A DNA stretch of 64,000 bases from Nemertoderma westbladi (GCA_032718475.1 JAUCBJ010004497.1:1-64000), one strand, 5' to 3'; positions 37,467 to 49,083 are shown, numbered from the stretch's first letter. The notes: a model not told the origin generated them from the letters alone. Made by a program: numbers and translations.

Positions 37467-40010
37467 TTATCTGTACCTCCTCACGTCCTCCTCCCTGGCC
37501 CGTTTCTTGGTTATCACCGCTCCTCTGGCATCATCCGCTTTCTGCTTCCGGACCTTTGCCGCCACTTCCTTGCTGATCCCGGTCGTCGGCTCCTTGGGCG
37601 CTGGTGTTATTAAAGCCCGATACCGCTTCGCCGGTGGCCCCTCAGAATGGCCTGGTTGTTTCCCTCGTGTGGCGTCCCATAGGATCATCTTCATTGCCTT
37701 TGGTACGTGTTCCGCCAAGAAATCCCTAAACTCCCTCCGGTTCTCTGGTGTCCACCTGTCCAGGTACCGTTGCGTGTTCATAACTCCGGCGAACGATGCC
37801 GCCGTAGCTACCTCTTGATAGGTAAACGGTAACCTTCGCTTTATGATTTCCATGTGGGTCTCCTGGTTTATGAGGAAGAAACCCCACTTGAACTCTTGGG
37901 CCTTCATGCGCTGGCGCGTCATGGCCCCGACGTCGGCCCACTCCTCGAACCTCGTGAACTTCTCCTCGTCGCTCATCCAGTCGCACTCGCGCCCGTAGTG
38001 TCCCCGAAAGTGGCACTTTGGACATCGGTTATGCAACCGTGGACACGCCCCCATCCTGTGACTTGGTTCTCTACAATAGAGACAAAAGGTTCCCCGTTGG
38101 AACCGGTATAGGCAGCTGCTTTCCTGATGGGTCTGTCTCCCACAGTAGTCGCAGCCGAGTACCAATGTCTCGCGTCCCACCTCGTCCTTCGTCCCAAGCG
38201 ATCTCCGCGGTCTATGGAGTCGCTGGTAGGCAAACTTCTCCACGTTGCTCTCCCTGTTTACGTCGATCTCTCCGCCCCTCTCGGGCATCGTCTCCCCGAA
38301 TACTATCCGTGGTGCCGTCCCCGGTTGCTCGCCCAACCTGATGGTGCTCCCCGCGAAATCCATCGCCGGCCCCTCGTGCACCCAGGTCCGCTTGCCGGAT
38401 CTGTTCCAGAAGGCCCTCGCCCCACTGGCCGTCACCACCCTTCCGCCAACCCAGTCCGTGTCCGAGTGGCCTATCCTTTCGATGGGCGGCATCTCTCCGA
38501 ACTCGTCGTCGTCGTCCTCCTCTTCTGGTAGTGTCTCCAATCCCGGTATCCCGATGGATCCACTATGTCCCTTCCCGCCTTGGCTCTCGCCCGTAGCTCT
38601 CCATCCCTCTAGCTCCCTTAACTTCCTTGGCGGTTGGTCGCCCTCGGCGCCCGCTGGTATGGGCATCGCGTGCAACCCCGACGTCGACTGTTTCGGCGAT
38701 CCCACCGTCCATCCCAATTCTCGCCCTAGAGACTCCCCCGAACTCCCCGACGAAGTCCAATGAAGTTCGTCTAGGCCCGCCTGTTCCTCGAAGCCGTAAC
38801 TCTGTGCCCTGGCCTCCTCTTCCCTCTCCTCTGCTTCTATCCTCTCCCGTCTAGCGACTTCTTCCAGTCGCTTTGCTTCCCGTCTATCCATCTCTAGCTG
38901 CTCCCATCTCTGATACGGTGTATCCGTCTCCCCATCTACCAGATGTCGGCTGTTGTAGTACACCGACTCGCCCTTCAGCCCCGGGTGGTCTACCAGACCG
39001 TCAAAGGCCGTCTTAAAGGCTCTCCTGTAGCTTAGGGGTGATCCCGATAACAGAAATGCCCCTGGTTCTCTTTCGATAACTACGGTCATGAATAAGTTAA
39101 GTAAACTTATCATCATCCAGTCCTCCTGCAGGATATATCGCTTCTGATATACCTTTATCGCTCCTCTGCGAAACTGATATACCTCCTGCTTTCCCGGTCT
39201 CGCTCCCCACTTCAGCGAGTTCGCTAGTTCTGCTCCGTATTCTTCCCTAAACTTCCCCCAATCCATTGGTTTGTGGCATACGAGCCCCAATAATTGGCCC
39301 ATCGCCACCGCCCCGCATTGGCCTGAGTTCTCGACCACCCCCAATCCATCCGGTGCCGTCATAGCCATAAAGACTTTCTGCATATCCAGGAGGTTGGTGG
39401 CGTCCGGACCGATGATCCTCTCCGCGTCCTCGCGAATCGCCGATCCCACTTTCGTCGTCGACTTCTCTCTTACTAAGACCTGTACCGCTTTCGGCAGTCG
39501 GTCTAATTTCGGCCCGTCCTTCTTCCCATACGTCCCTAGGTCGAATAAGAAGATGTCCCCATTTGGCGCTGCCAAATGCAAGAGTATGGTCCTGGCCGAC
39601 CCTGCCGTTCCTCGTCTCGAACCCGCTTCGTCTTCCACGGTTCCCTCGTCATCTAGGATCATATATCCTCCTCTGTTGACGGACTCTATGAATCTTTTCC
39701 AGTCCTTCCTCGGCGATTCCCTCGGATACTTCGGAATCCCGAACTTCGCCTCGTCTCCTTTCACCACGTAGTGGAAGTGTTGGAAGATCGCGTTGTCCAG
39801 CGACGGCGTCCCGTAGGTCCCGACCAACCGCTGTTCGTGCGCCTCCCGGAAGTGATCCTGCAGCGCTCGTGCCGCGTGACCCCTTTCCAACCTCTCGTAG
39901 TATCCTCTCGTCTTCTCCTCCGGGTGTCTTTCGGTGAAATCCACCAATATTTCTTTTCCTCCTGACTCCGCCTTTCTCTTCCTGATCAGCTTACTCGCCA
40001 TTCCGAACAC
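37467..40010 (-). CDS. Extra retrotransposon ORF: RNase D/WRN-like DEDDy-type 3'-5' exonuclease + 3 CCHC zinc knuckles
   Basis: Intact 847-codon ORF (first ATG at 40001); ExoI ILDDEG, LHLAAPNGDIFLFD, ExoII KVGSAIRED, LLDMQ, ExoIII-like YILQED; knuckles CDYCGRQTHQESSC, CLYCREPSHRMGAC, CPKCHFRGHYGREC; homologous to 59503-63228. Confidence 0.82.
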   Translation of the reverse strand: MFGMASKLIRKRKAESGGKEILVDFTERHPEEKTRGYYERLERGHAARALQDHFREAHEQRLVGTYGTPSLDNAIFQHFHYVVKGDEAKFGIPKYPRESPRKDWKRFIESVNRGGYMILDDEGTVEDEAGSRRGTAGSARTILLHLAAPNGDIFLFDLGTYGKKDGPKLDRLPKAVQVLVREKSTTKVGSAIREDAERIIGPDATNLLDMQKVFMAMTAPDGLGVVENSGQCGAVAMGQLLGLVCHKPMDWGKFREEYGAELANSLKWGARPGKQEVYQFRRGAIKVYQKRYILQEDWMMISLLNLFMTVVIEREPGAFLLSGSPLSYRRAFKTAFDGLVDHPGLKGESVYYNSRHLVDGETDTPYQRWEQLEMDRREAKRLEEVARRERIEAEEREEEARAQSYGFEEQAGLDELHWTSSGSSGESLGRELGWTVGSPKQSTSGLHAMPIPAGAEGDQPPRKLRELEGWRATGESQGGKGHSGSIGIPGLETLPEEEDDDDEFGEMPPIERIGHSDTDWVGGRVVTASGARAFWNRSGKRTWVHEGPAMDFAGSTIRLGEQPGTAPRIVFGETMPERGGEIDVNRESNVEKFAYQRLHRPRRSLGTKDEVGRETLVLGCDYCGRQTHQESSCLYRFQRGTFCLYCREPSHRMGACPRLHNRCPKCHFRGHYGRECDWMSDEEKFTRFEEWADVGAMTRQRMKAQEFKWGFFLINQETHMEIIKRRLPFTYQEVATAASFAGVMNTQRYLDRWTPENRREFRDFLAEHVPKAMKMILWDATRGKQPGHSEGPPAKRYRALITPAPKEPTTGISKEVAAKVRKQKADDARGAVITKKRAREEDVRRYR

Positions 40011-40504
40011 TACACTCGCTCACCTGTAGGGTGGTGCCTTACCAAGGCGCAATACAGATGAGTGATGTATTAAGATGTTTCGATACAGTTCGATAATGGC
40101 CTACTTTTCTACTTAACTGCGCCTTTCAAGCTTAATTTAATCTAATTAATTTCGGAGCTAGTAAATCAGCCTAATTTACAATTTCCGTCCGTTACTTTTA
40201 TTATGTTCTAGAACGACTTTCTTTGTGTTACCACTATTTTCCGATTTTAGCCCTATTCTATTTATTTGTTTATTTTGCTTTGATTCTACTGTCCTACTAC
40301 TTACTACTGCCTATGGATTTATTCTATTCTCTCTCTGATCCATATTCTGGCCTACTCAGTGGGCCTATGCAGTACAGCAGTATGCGTCGTGTGGCCACAC
40401 GATTTATCCAGCTGCACTCATATGCCCCCCTCTCGCTACTAACTCTACTTACTGCTAACTAATATCTATATCCTATTTACCCCTTTTACCTCTTACTCTC
40501 TCTC

Positions 40505-41210
40505 TCTAACTAATGGTACTACGTACCCTCTAACTCTAACTCTGACTAGGTACCACGTACCTACTAACTCTAACTCTAACTAGGTACTACGTACCTACTA
40601 ACTCTCTAACTATTGGTACTACGTACCCTCTAACTCTAACTCTAACTAGGTACTACGTACCTACTAACTCTAACTCTATCGGTACTACCTACCCTCTAAC
40701 TCTAACTCTGACTAGGTATTACGTACCTACTAACTCTAACTATCGGTACTACGTACCCTCTAACTCTAACTCTAACTAGGTACTATGTACCTACTAACTC
40801 TCTAACTATCGGTACTACGTACCCTCTAACTCTAACTCTAACTAGGTACTACGTACCTACTAACTCTCTAACTATCGGTACTACGTACCCTCTAGCTCTA
40901 ACTCTAACTAGGTACTACGTACCTACTAACTCTCTAACTATCGGTACTACGTACCCTCTAACTCTAACTAACTATTGGTACTACGTACCTACTAACTCTC
41001 TAACTATCGGTACTACGTACCCTCTAACTCTAACTAACTATTGGTACTACGTACCTACTAACTCTCTAACTATCGGTACTACGTACCCTCTAACTCTAAC
41101 TAGGTACTACGTACCTACTAACTAACTAATTTTAGGTACTACGTACCTACTAACTAACTAACTAACTAACTCTAGGTACTACGTACCTACTAACTAACTG
41201 ACTAACTCTT
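40505..41210. repeat. Internal tandem array of GGTACTACGTACC mini-hairpins spaced by (CTAACT)n
   Basis: About 20 copies between the pol end and the extra ORF. Confidence 0.92.
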
Positions 41211-41316
41211 ATTTTTATTTTATTTTATTTTATTTTGTGTGGGAAGGGCGTCTCGCCCTCAATCCCACCCCCCTCAGTCCAAAACTTGGACGACTAAACT
41301 CCACACTAACTCCGCT

Positions 41317-42617
41317 CTAAGGTGCTCCTTCTAAGAGACAGCATTTACCTACCGCCCTCCTGTAGGTTTTTCTGTCCTTCGCACCTATCTTTCCACCTAT
41401 CCGCACTTCCACCGATCGGACTCTTCCGTCCTCGTCGGAGTAGGTGCCTACAACTCTCGCCAACCGCCACTGGTTGTTGATGATAGTATCATCCGTGACG
41501 ATTACGAGATCTCCCTCTCTTAACTCCCTGTTCGGTTTCCTCCACTTGCTTCGCTTATGGAGTGTGGGTAGGTATTCCTCTACCCACCTTCTCCAATACT
41601 CTGCGCTAATTGCTTTAGCTACTTTCCAACTTTGGCGGGAGTGTATATCATCTGGGTCTACACCCCGCATATCGATGGTAGCTGGCCTTTCCATCAGGAA
41701 ATGGCTAGGCGTCAACACGTCTAATGACTCAGGGTCATCATTCTCCGGGTATAGCGGTCTGCTATTAATGATCCCCTCGCACTTCGCAAGTACTGTCCGT
41801 AAGACGTCTTCAGTGCCATGTGGGTGTTCATCAGCTTCGTCATTAGACGTTTTGAACTGCCCACGAGTCTCTCGACGCATCCTAACGTATGTGGTGCATA
41901 CGGCGTCCTTCTCTCCCACTTCACTTGTCGTCTTCTCATGGCCGCTCTGACTTCTTCTCCCTCCAAGATGTCTAAGGCCTCTGCCATCTCACTCTCTGCG
42001 CCCACAAAATTGGTGCCGTTGTCGCTATATATCACCGCGATCGTCCCACCTTTGCGGTCCCTAAACCTTTCTAAGGCGTTAATGAACGCTGATGCGGTTG
42101 CATCTTGGGCGAGTTCTATCCCTACCGCCCGCGTATTGTTGCATACGAAGATAATGCCGTAACGCTTCTCCGTGTGTCGCATCACTTTGATCTTTATCGG
42201 CCCGAACATGTCCACACCGCAGTGCGTGAATGGCGGGTCGTGCTGTCTTACCCTACTCGCCGGTAGTGGCGCCATCTCCTGTACGGCTCGTTCCTTCTTC
42301 GCTCGCCGGCAGGTCTGGCACTGCCCCACTACCGCTTTAACCTTCTTCCTTAGTTGTTTGACCCAATAGGTCCTCCTTATCTCTGTGAGGGTTCGGTTGG
42401 TGCCCCCATGCAGTATCGATTTGTGGGAGTCCCATATGATCTGGTGGACTATAGGCGATCCTGTGGGAATGATGATGGGTTTCGGTGGCACGACTATACT
42501 GTTGTTATATCCCACCCTAGAATTCATTACTAGAATCCCATCCTCGTTGAGTTGTGGCGACAGCGTGATCAACTCGCTATCCCGTCGGAGGTGCTGTTGG
42601 TTACCGACGCGTTCCAC
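41317..42617 (-). pseudogene. BEL/Pao integrase plus DUF5641-type C-terminus (5'-truncated pol, one frameshift near 41830)
   Basis: H..HGG..CQTC zinc finger, PFTHCGVDMFGP, SDNGTNFVGA, GCVERLV, INSRPL, LTPSHFL, WRRWVEEYL, WRLARV, DGRVRSV, KCCLLEGAP*. Confidence 0.94.
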
Positions 42618-43135
42618 TGTGACGGGATCTACGGATCCCGGTTTATCCGTTTGGGTTTTCTATCCACGCGTCCCCGCCGTGTGTGAAAGGTAAAAGAGTT
42701 CTGATGTTGGGTAATATGTATAAAGGTATAATAGTCTGACAGTTGATATAATATAGTATGACACAACAGGTAATATATAATGGCGGTAGCGGACGGTGAC
42801 AGAAGTCCCCGTTCCACCCTACTGATCTGACTGAGTAAACTGAATGAATGATTACAGGTTACTGGTTATATTGCACGGTGGCCTTATTGCTACTCATTCG
42901 ATGCCTTTCCCCCCTCTGATTGGTTGATACCCCTGTTGGCACCCTTTGGAGTGTTTCCGTTCACTCCACCTGTTCTCTCTGGGTTAGGGGTTTGGCCCCT
43001 GACCCTCTATTGTGTGCTTCCTTCCCACTCTTATTGGGATGGCACGAGTTGGTTAATTGCCCAATCTCGTGGCTCCCAATATTGCTTATCGGCTTACAAC
43101 TTTATGGGGTGTTGGCGGGATTGAATAAGCTAACA
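42618..43135 (-). repeat. Middle LTR (518 bp)
   Basis: Same TG...CA sequence as the outer LTRs; PPT and a 3' UTR copy adjacent (43136-~43480 resembles 36758-~37100). Confidence 0.95.
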
Positions 43136-43549
43136 CTCCCCCCCATGCTATCTTCCCGGTAAGAAGATAGCATCAACCAAAAAAAGTGCGTTACAATCCC
43201 GCTGGATCCCGATCTAGTATCGGGTGTGGGGTGGGTATATTTTTTCTCGGAGTCGGCTTTCCAGGCCGCTCCCTATGGGTATGATGTCACTACCCTCTGG
43301 CGTCTCGTGTCGGGCCGATCGTGCGCTTCTCTCACACAATTTTTGTTTCCCCAACACTCTCACCACTCTAACTCCGCTCTCTTCTCTTGCTCTAACTCTT
43401 GGACTTCCCTGTCCCTCACTCTTCCTCTCACTTCTCCTCCCCCACACTTGAATTGCGCCCACATTCTCTTCGCACTCCACACTATCACCTCTCCACTCTC
43501 TTGTCACTCCCTAAGGCTTTAATCTCTAATGCTACCCCTGTGCTATCAT

Positions 43550-44965
43550 ACTATCTACCTACTGCTTACTAACTCTAACTATCTAACTAACTCTGCTAAC
43601 TACTAACTCTTACTACTTCTAGCTCTAACTGAGAGCCTCTAACTTTCTACTGACTCTAACTCTCTACTAAGTCTAACTAACTCCTACTAGCTCTCCACTT
43701 CTACTAACTCTACTTGACTCCTCTGAGTCTACCAACTCTGCTAACTAGCTCTACTAACTCTACTCCACTAGCTCTGCTAACTCTACTCCACTAGCTCTGC
43801 TAACTCTACTAACTAGCTCTACTAACTCTACTCCACTCTTCTAACTACGTGGCGCTTGCGGTGCCCACAACCACTCTACTATATGGCACCCTATGTGCCC
43901 TCTCTGCTCTACTCTACCACCTGGCACCCTATGTGCCCTCTCTACTACACTACTACCTCTCTAACTCTACTACCTGGCACCCTATGTGCCCTCTCTACTA
44001 CTCTACTCTATCTCTAACTCTACTACCTGGCACCCTACGTGCCCGTCTCTACTCTTCTACTCACTGGTACCCTATGTACCCTCTCTACTACCTCTAACAC
44101 TCTACTCTACTACCTGGCACCCTATGTGCCCTCTCTACTCTTCTACTTCCTGGCACCCAATGTGCCCGTCTCTACTCCTCTACTCCCCCTTTACGTCTCA
44201 TCGCCTACACGTGACGCTCTGAGTGCCGGCAGAGTGGGTACGTTAATTATGTGAACTACTACTGACTCTACTAACTCTACTAACTCTCTTCTAACTCTAC
44301 TAACTCTTTTTGTGCCCGGCACCTCTTGTGCCCGGCATCTTCTAACTCTACTAACTCTCTACTAACTCTTTTTGTGCCCGGCACCTCTTGTGCCCGGCAC
44401 CCACCCTAATTAACATACCCTGCTCTTACATCAAACACGTCATCACGCCCGTGCCCCACTAAGTTCAGCGCATTCCCTACTAACTCTAGCTACATGTAGC
44501 TTACGGTGCCCACAACCCTCTACTGCTACTACTAACACCCCTAACTAGCGGTACTACGTACCCTCTTACTACTCTAGCTCTCTCTACTAGCTAGCGGTAC
44601 AACGTACCCTCTTACTACTCTAGCTCTCTCTACTAGCTAGCGGTACTACGTACCCTCTTACTCTTACTAACTCTCTAACGGTACTACGTACCCCTTAACT
44701 CTTACTCTCTAACGGTACTACGTACCCTCTAACTCTTACTCTAACTAGCGGTACTTACGTACCCTCTAACTCTAACTCTAACTAGGTACTACGTACCTAC
44801 TAACTCTCTAACTATCGGTACTACGTACCCTCTAACTCTAACTCTAACTAGGTACTACGTACCTACTAACTCTCTAACTATCGGTACTACACGTACCCTC
44901 CTACTAACTCTTCTACTAACGGTACTACGTACCACCCTTTAACTAACTAACTAACTAACTAACTC
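43550..44965. repeat. Internal low-complexity repeats: (CTACTAACT)n, GGCACCCTATGTGCC hairpins, and a second GGTACTACGTACC array (44548-44965)
   Basis: Directly visible tandem motifs. Confidence 0.88.
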
Positions 44966-45016
44966 TTACTACCTAACTTCTACCTACTCTATTATTTAAT
45001 TATTTTCTTATTTTAA

Positions 45017-48000
45017 TTAAATAATTATTTTATATTTTGTGCGTGGGAAGGGCGTCTCGCCCTCATTCCCACCCCCCTCAGTCCAAAACTTTGGACGACT
45101 AAAAACTCTCAGGTGCCCCTTCTTCCAGTAGGCACTCTCCTGCTGCCCTCCTATACGTCCTCTAACTCTTCGCCACACTCTCTTCGGTGCTACCTTTGCT
45201 GGCCTCCCCCTTCGTATGTGCGCTGGCATTAAGGCCCTCGACGACCCCCGCTCGTCCCTCGGTATACGCGGTGTCTGCCCGTGCAATGCCCCCTCGCACT
45301 GTGTCAGCCGTGCGTGTGTATGCAACACGCCTCCTTCTACTATCCCGACTCCCTTATGTTTGCTAATGGGCTTCTCTGCCCCTGGTTTAGTCCTTTCATA
45401 TCCTCTCTCTTTCCAACACTCTCCGGATCTGTGTCCTTTTACCACACATCGATGACATAGTCCGTTTGCGTCTGTGTAGGCTACACGATCTCGTTTGGGC
45501 AACGCTTGCCAGTACTTGCAACTCCTGGTCTTATGGGTTCCGTCCCGATGTAATTGACATTGGAATCCTGGATTATAGCGTTTCCTGTATAGTCCTTCAC
45601 GTATCGCGCTTAGGTTTATATGTACCGATTTAATGTTTTGGTTGTCTAGACTCGGCCTACTGGGTATATTGGGATTGTGTTTATTTTTGGTGTTATTTTC
45701 TTCCTGTCCCTGCCACGGTGTGGCCCTACTACCAGCTAACTGTGGACTGGTAGTCCCCTGTACGGCCGCGTGTGGTGGTGACTGTCCGCACGACCTGCTC
45801 TCGTCCAGGGAGTTCGATGTTCTTGCTCCTATCGGGGTATATTGTCGATATTGTGATGGGGGAATGTCACCCTGTCCCCCCCCGGCCGGTATGTTTGGTA
45901 CTGGGGTTGATGTTAATACATTGGGGCCCATACGTCTATCTCCAATAACTCCCCCCTCCCCTGGATATATATTATGTCCCTGTGTATTATAGTCATGCTG
46001 CTGTACCGATATAGGCCTACCTACCTCTCGCCTACCTACCGGTATGTACTCCGCGACTTCCGGGTTTAATTCCGTCGTTCGCGCTACCCCATCGCTTACT
46101 CTATCTCTCCCAGCATGGCCTATAATAGTATGTGCAGTAAGGCCTACAGTATGTCCTGCAGTCTGCATGTGCCCTTCCGAACCGAAGCTTATTCTTCGCG
46201 AATCTCGAATCTCCCCGCGACTACTGCACTCTCGATCGGCAGCTATATCCCGTCGGGAAGCTTCTCTTCGATCCCCTCTCCTGTTCTCGACTTTGTATTG
46301 GTACCTCCTGTACCCCTCTCTTGGCGTGCAGTGCGTTTCTCCGGGGCGACGGCAATCTCCCGAAGTTCGACCCCACTGGCTCCCTGACTCCATCTCTACT
46401 GTCGACGGTCCGTTATCCGTCCTCGCACTGCTATCGTTCGTGGCGACACTTCTTCTACTATCTTCTCTTCTTCTCTTTTCTGTGTAGTATTCCGGCTCGT
46501 GAGATCTCTCGTCGACCTCCCGGTTAAACTCCACTCTTCCTCCTCCCTCTTCTAATCGGGCTCGACGCTTCGTCTGCCCTCTCGCGACGTCAACCTGCCT
46601 CTCTCTACTCGATCGCACGCCGCTGGGGATACTCGCAATCCCCCTATTACTCTCCGTCGCCGGGTGTTGCGGTTTACCTGATTCGGCCCGCGCATTATCC
46701 GCTGACGGCTGTGGGACACTCTCTGCCCCCCCTCTCTCTCTACTAGTCTCTCGCGGTGGGGTGCCCGTAGCCCCCCCCCACCCGCCACTTCTAACTTCAC
46801 TATTTCTTACTACACTTCTATACCCCTCTTGTGGGGCATTCTCTGCCCCCCCCTCTCTCGCCACTAATCTTCTGTGGTGGGGCGCCCGTAGCCCCCCCCC
46901 ACCCGCCACATCTAACTTCAATATCTCTTACTTCGTCTCTACACCCCTCTCTAGTCGACACACTATCTCTACTACGGCTGGGTCTATTCACCCCCGCCTC
47001 TCTCTCTACTACTGCGTGGCCTACCAGGCCCACCCCGGGTTGGCTCAACCGCGCCACTTCCTGCCTACTAACTACGTGGCCTACCAGGCCGCCGTCTGCC
47101 GGGTTCACATTAATAGCACCATTCCCAATATTATTTGTTAAATTAATTAAATTATTAGAACCATTAGAATTTGAAACGGGATTATTATTTAAATTATTTA
47201 AGTTAGAATTATTATTATTTTCAAAATTTAAATTGCTATTCGAATTATTTGAATTATTTTGATTATTCTGAATATTTGAATTAATATTATTATTTGAATT
47301 TAAACTTAAATTACTACTACCGGGTAAAATATTTCCTGTAATAAAGGGATTAGGGTTATCTACTACGGTACTATTAATACCAATATTTCCTAACGCACTA
47401 CTACTACCCCCCACGCCCGTACGGTTACTGTATCTACTGTACGTGTACCGCACGCTCTGTTCTCTTGCCTCACGCTCTTCGCGTTCACTCTCTTGCTCCT
47501 TCCTTCCCCTCAGTCACCACTCTAATTCTTCCATTTTTAATTTATATGCCATGCGTTCACTCTCTCGCACCCGTCTTTCTTTTGCGGAGGATGTAGCAGA
47601 CTTATAGGTTGCGACGGACTCCCGCCGCCCCTCCGTCCTACTAACTTTCCCCCGCTCTCCGGGGTTCTCGCTGACCAACGAGACCGAATCCTCGGAGCTA
47701 ACCTCGGATTCGCCCTCGTGCGGTCCCGCCCAACCCACTAACTTAACTTCCCTGGCATCGACTAAGTATGGCCCTATGTACACTACACCAGGCCCCATAC
47801 CCCTACGTTCCCATAGCCCAAACAGTTCGAAGGCAACCCCTCTCGCTCTCTCCTCGGCCAGTTCTCCCTGCCCAGAACGCACTAGGTAATCAAAGTATCT
47901 GTTCGACTCTCCTAGTCGTCTCCTCAACTTCACCTGGTCTATCTCAGCCCCTCCTCTAGCTTCCTTCAGTTGCTCCCGGGTCGCGGCGTAGGCTCGTCGG

Positions 48001-48401
48001 AGCCGGACGACCCCGACGTCCTCGTCGTCGACATCTCCTCTCTCCCTCCGGGTTCGGCGTCGTACCGTCGGCCCCACCGTTGCCGTTCCGGTGGGCCGTC
48101 CGTCGCCCTCGGCCTCTCGCTGGCCGGCGACATCGGCATATCGACCGCCGCCCTGTGTCGACTCGTCTCTCTCCTCTCCTCCCTTCTCGTCTCCTTCCCT
48201 CGACTCGCTCTCCGGTTGTAGACGACCCCCCACATCTTGGTTCGCCGGGTTGCTCGTTGTCGACGTGGCGTCAACCTGCGTCGACGTGGTCGGCGTAGCA
48301 TCGACCGGCGTCATGGGTTCGTATCGTCTCGCCGTGGCCTCGCGGATCGTTAGATCGTCGTCCGGGGTCCGCGGCGGTGTCGTTCCCCTCTCTCGACTCA
48401 T
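45017..48401 (-). pseudogene. gag-like region of the BEL/Pao element (three ORF pieces), joined to a remnant of the pol C-terminus
   Basis: ORFs 48401-47514, 47453-46818 (Asn-rich) and 46921-45017 with knuckles CQLHRDGTHKTRSC and LCHRCVVKGHRSGEC; CLLEEGAP remnant at ~45107-45135 matches the pol end CCLLEGAP at 41317-41345. Confidence 0.72.
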
Positions 48402-48565
48402 CGTCGTCTTTGGTGGCTGGCAGCCACAGTCTGTCAGTTGGTTAGATCTAGTTCTATCACTGTCAGACTGTTAGGGCAGCTGCTAGGATTCTATCTCTGT
48501 CAGGGCAGCTGGGCGGATCTAGTTCTGTCACTGTCAGGGCAGCTGGGCGGATCTGATTCTGTCAC

Positions 48566-49083
48566 TGTGACGGGATCTACGGATCCCGGTTTATCCGTTG
48601 GGTTTTCTATCCACGCGTCCCCGCCGTTGTGTGAAAGGTAAAATAGTTCTGGTGTCCGGTTATATGTATAAGGTATAATAGTCTGATATATATATAGTAT
48701 AGTATGCACAATAGGTAATATAAGTATGATGGCGGTAGCGGACGGTGACAGAAGTCCCCGTTCCACCCTACTGATCTGACTGAGTAAACTGAATGAATGA
48801 TTACAGGTTACCGGTTATATTGCACGGTGGCCTTATTGCTACTCAATCGATGCCTTTCCCCCCTCTGATTGGTTGATATCCTTGTTGGCACCCTTTGGAG
48901 TGTTTCCCTTCACTCCCTGTGTTCTCTCTCGGTTAGGGGTTTGGCCCCTGACCCCTATTGTGTGCTTCCTTCCCACTCTTATTGGGATGGCACGAGTTGG
49001 TTAATTGCCCAATCTCGTGGCTCCCAATATTGCTTATCGGCTTATAACTTTATGGGGTGTTAGCGGAATTGGATAAGCTAACA
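48566..49083 (-). repeat. 5' LTR (518 bp)
   Basis: TG...CA, followed on the + strand by TSD TCCGA; upstream of gag on the minus strand. Confidence 0.95.

Larger units (their letters stand above)
36240..49083 (-). mobile_element. BEL/Pao LTR retrotransposon, three-LTR composite, 5-bp TSD TCCGA
   Basis: TCCGA at 36235-36239 and 49084-49088; three 518-bp TG...CA LTRs; PPTs next to two of them; BEL-type integrase; gag; extra ORF. Confidence 0.95.

Noticed and set aside
37726-39965. Many short overlapping or antisense ORFs within the GC-rich cargo gene (also in gag and the 1241-aa ORF)
   Set aside because: Shadow ORFs of GC-rich coding sequence, with no independent motifs
37467-40010. env gene or host gene interpretation of the extra ORF
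   Set aside because: No signal peptide or transmembrane anchor visible; intronless and enclosed by LTRs and a TSD, with a homolog in the same position of another element
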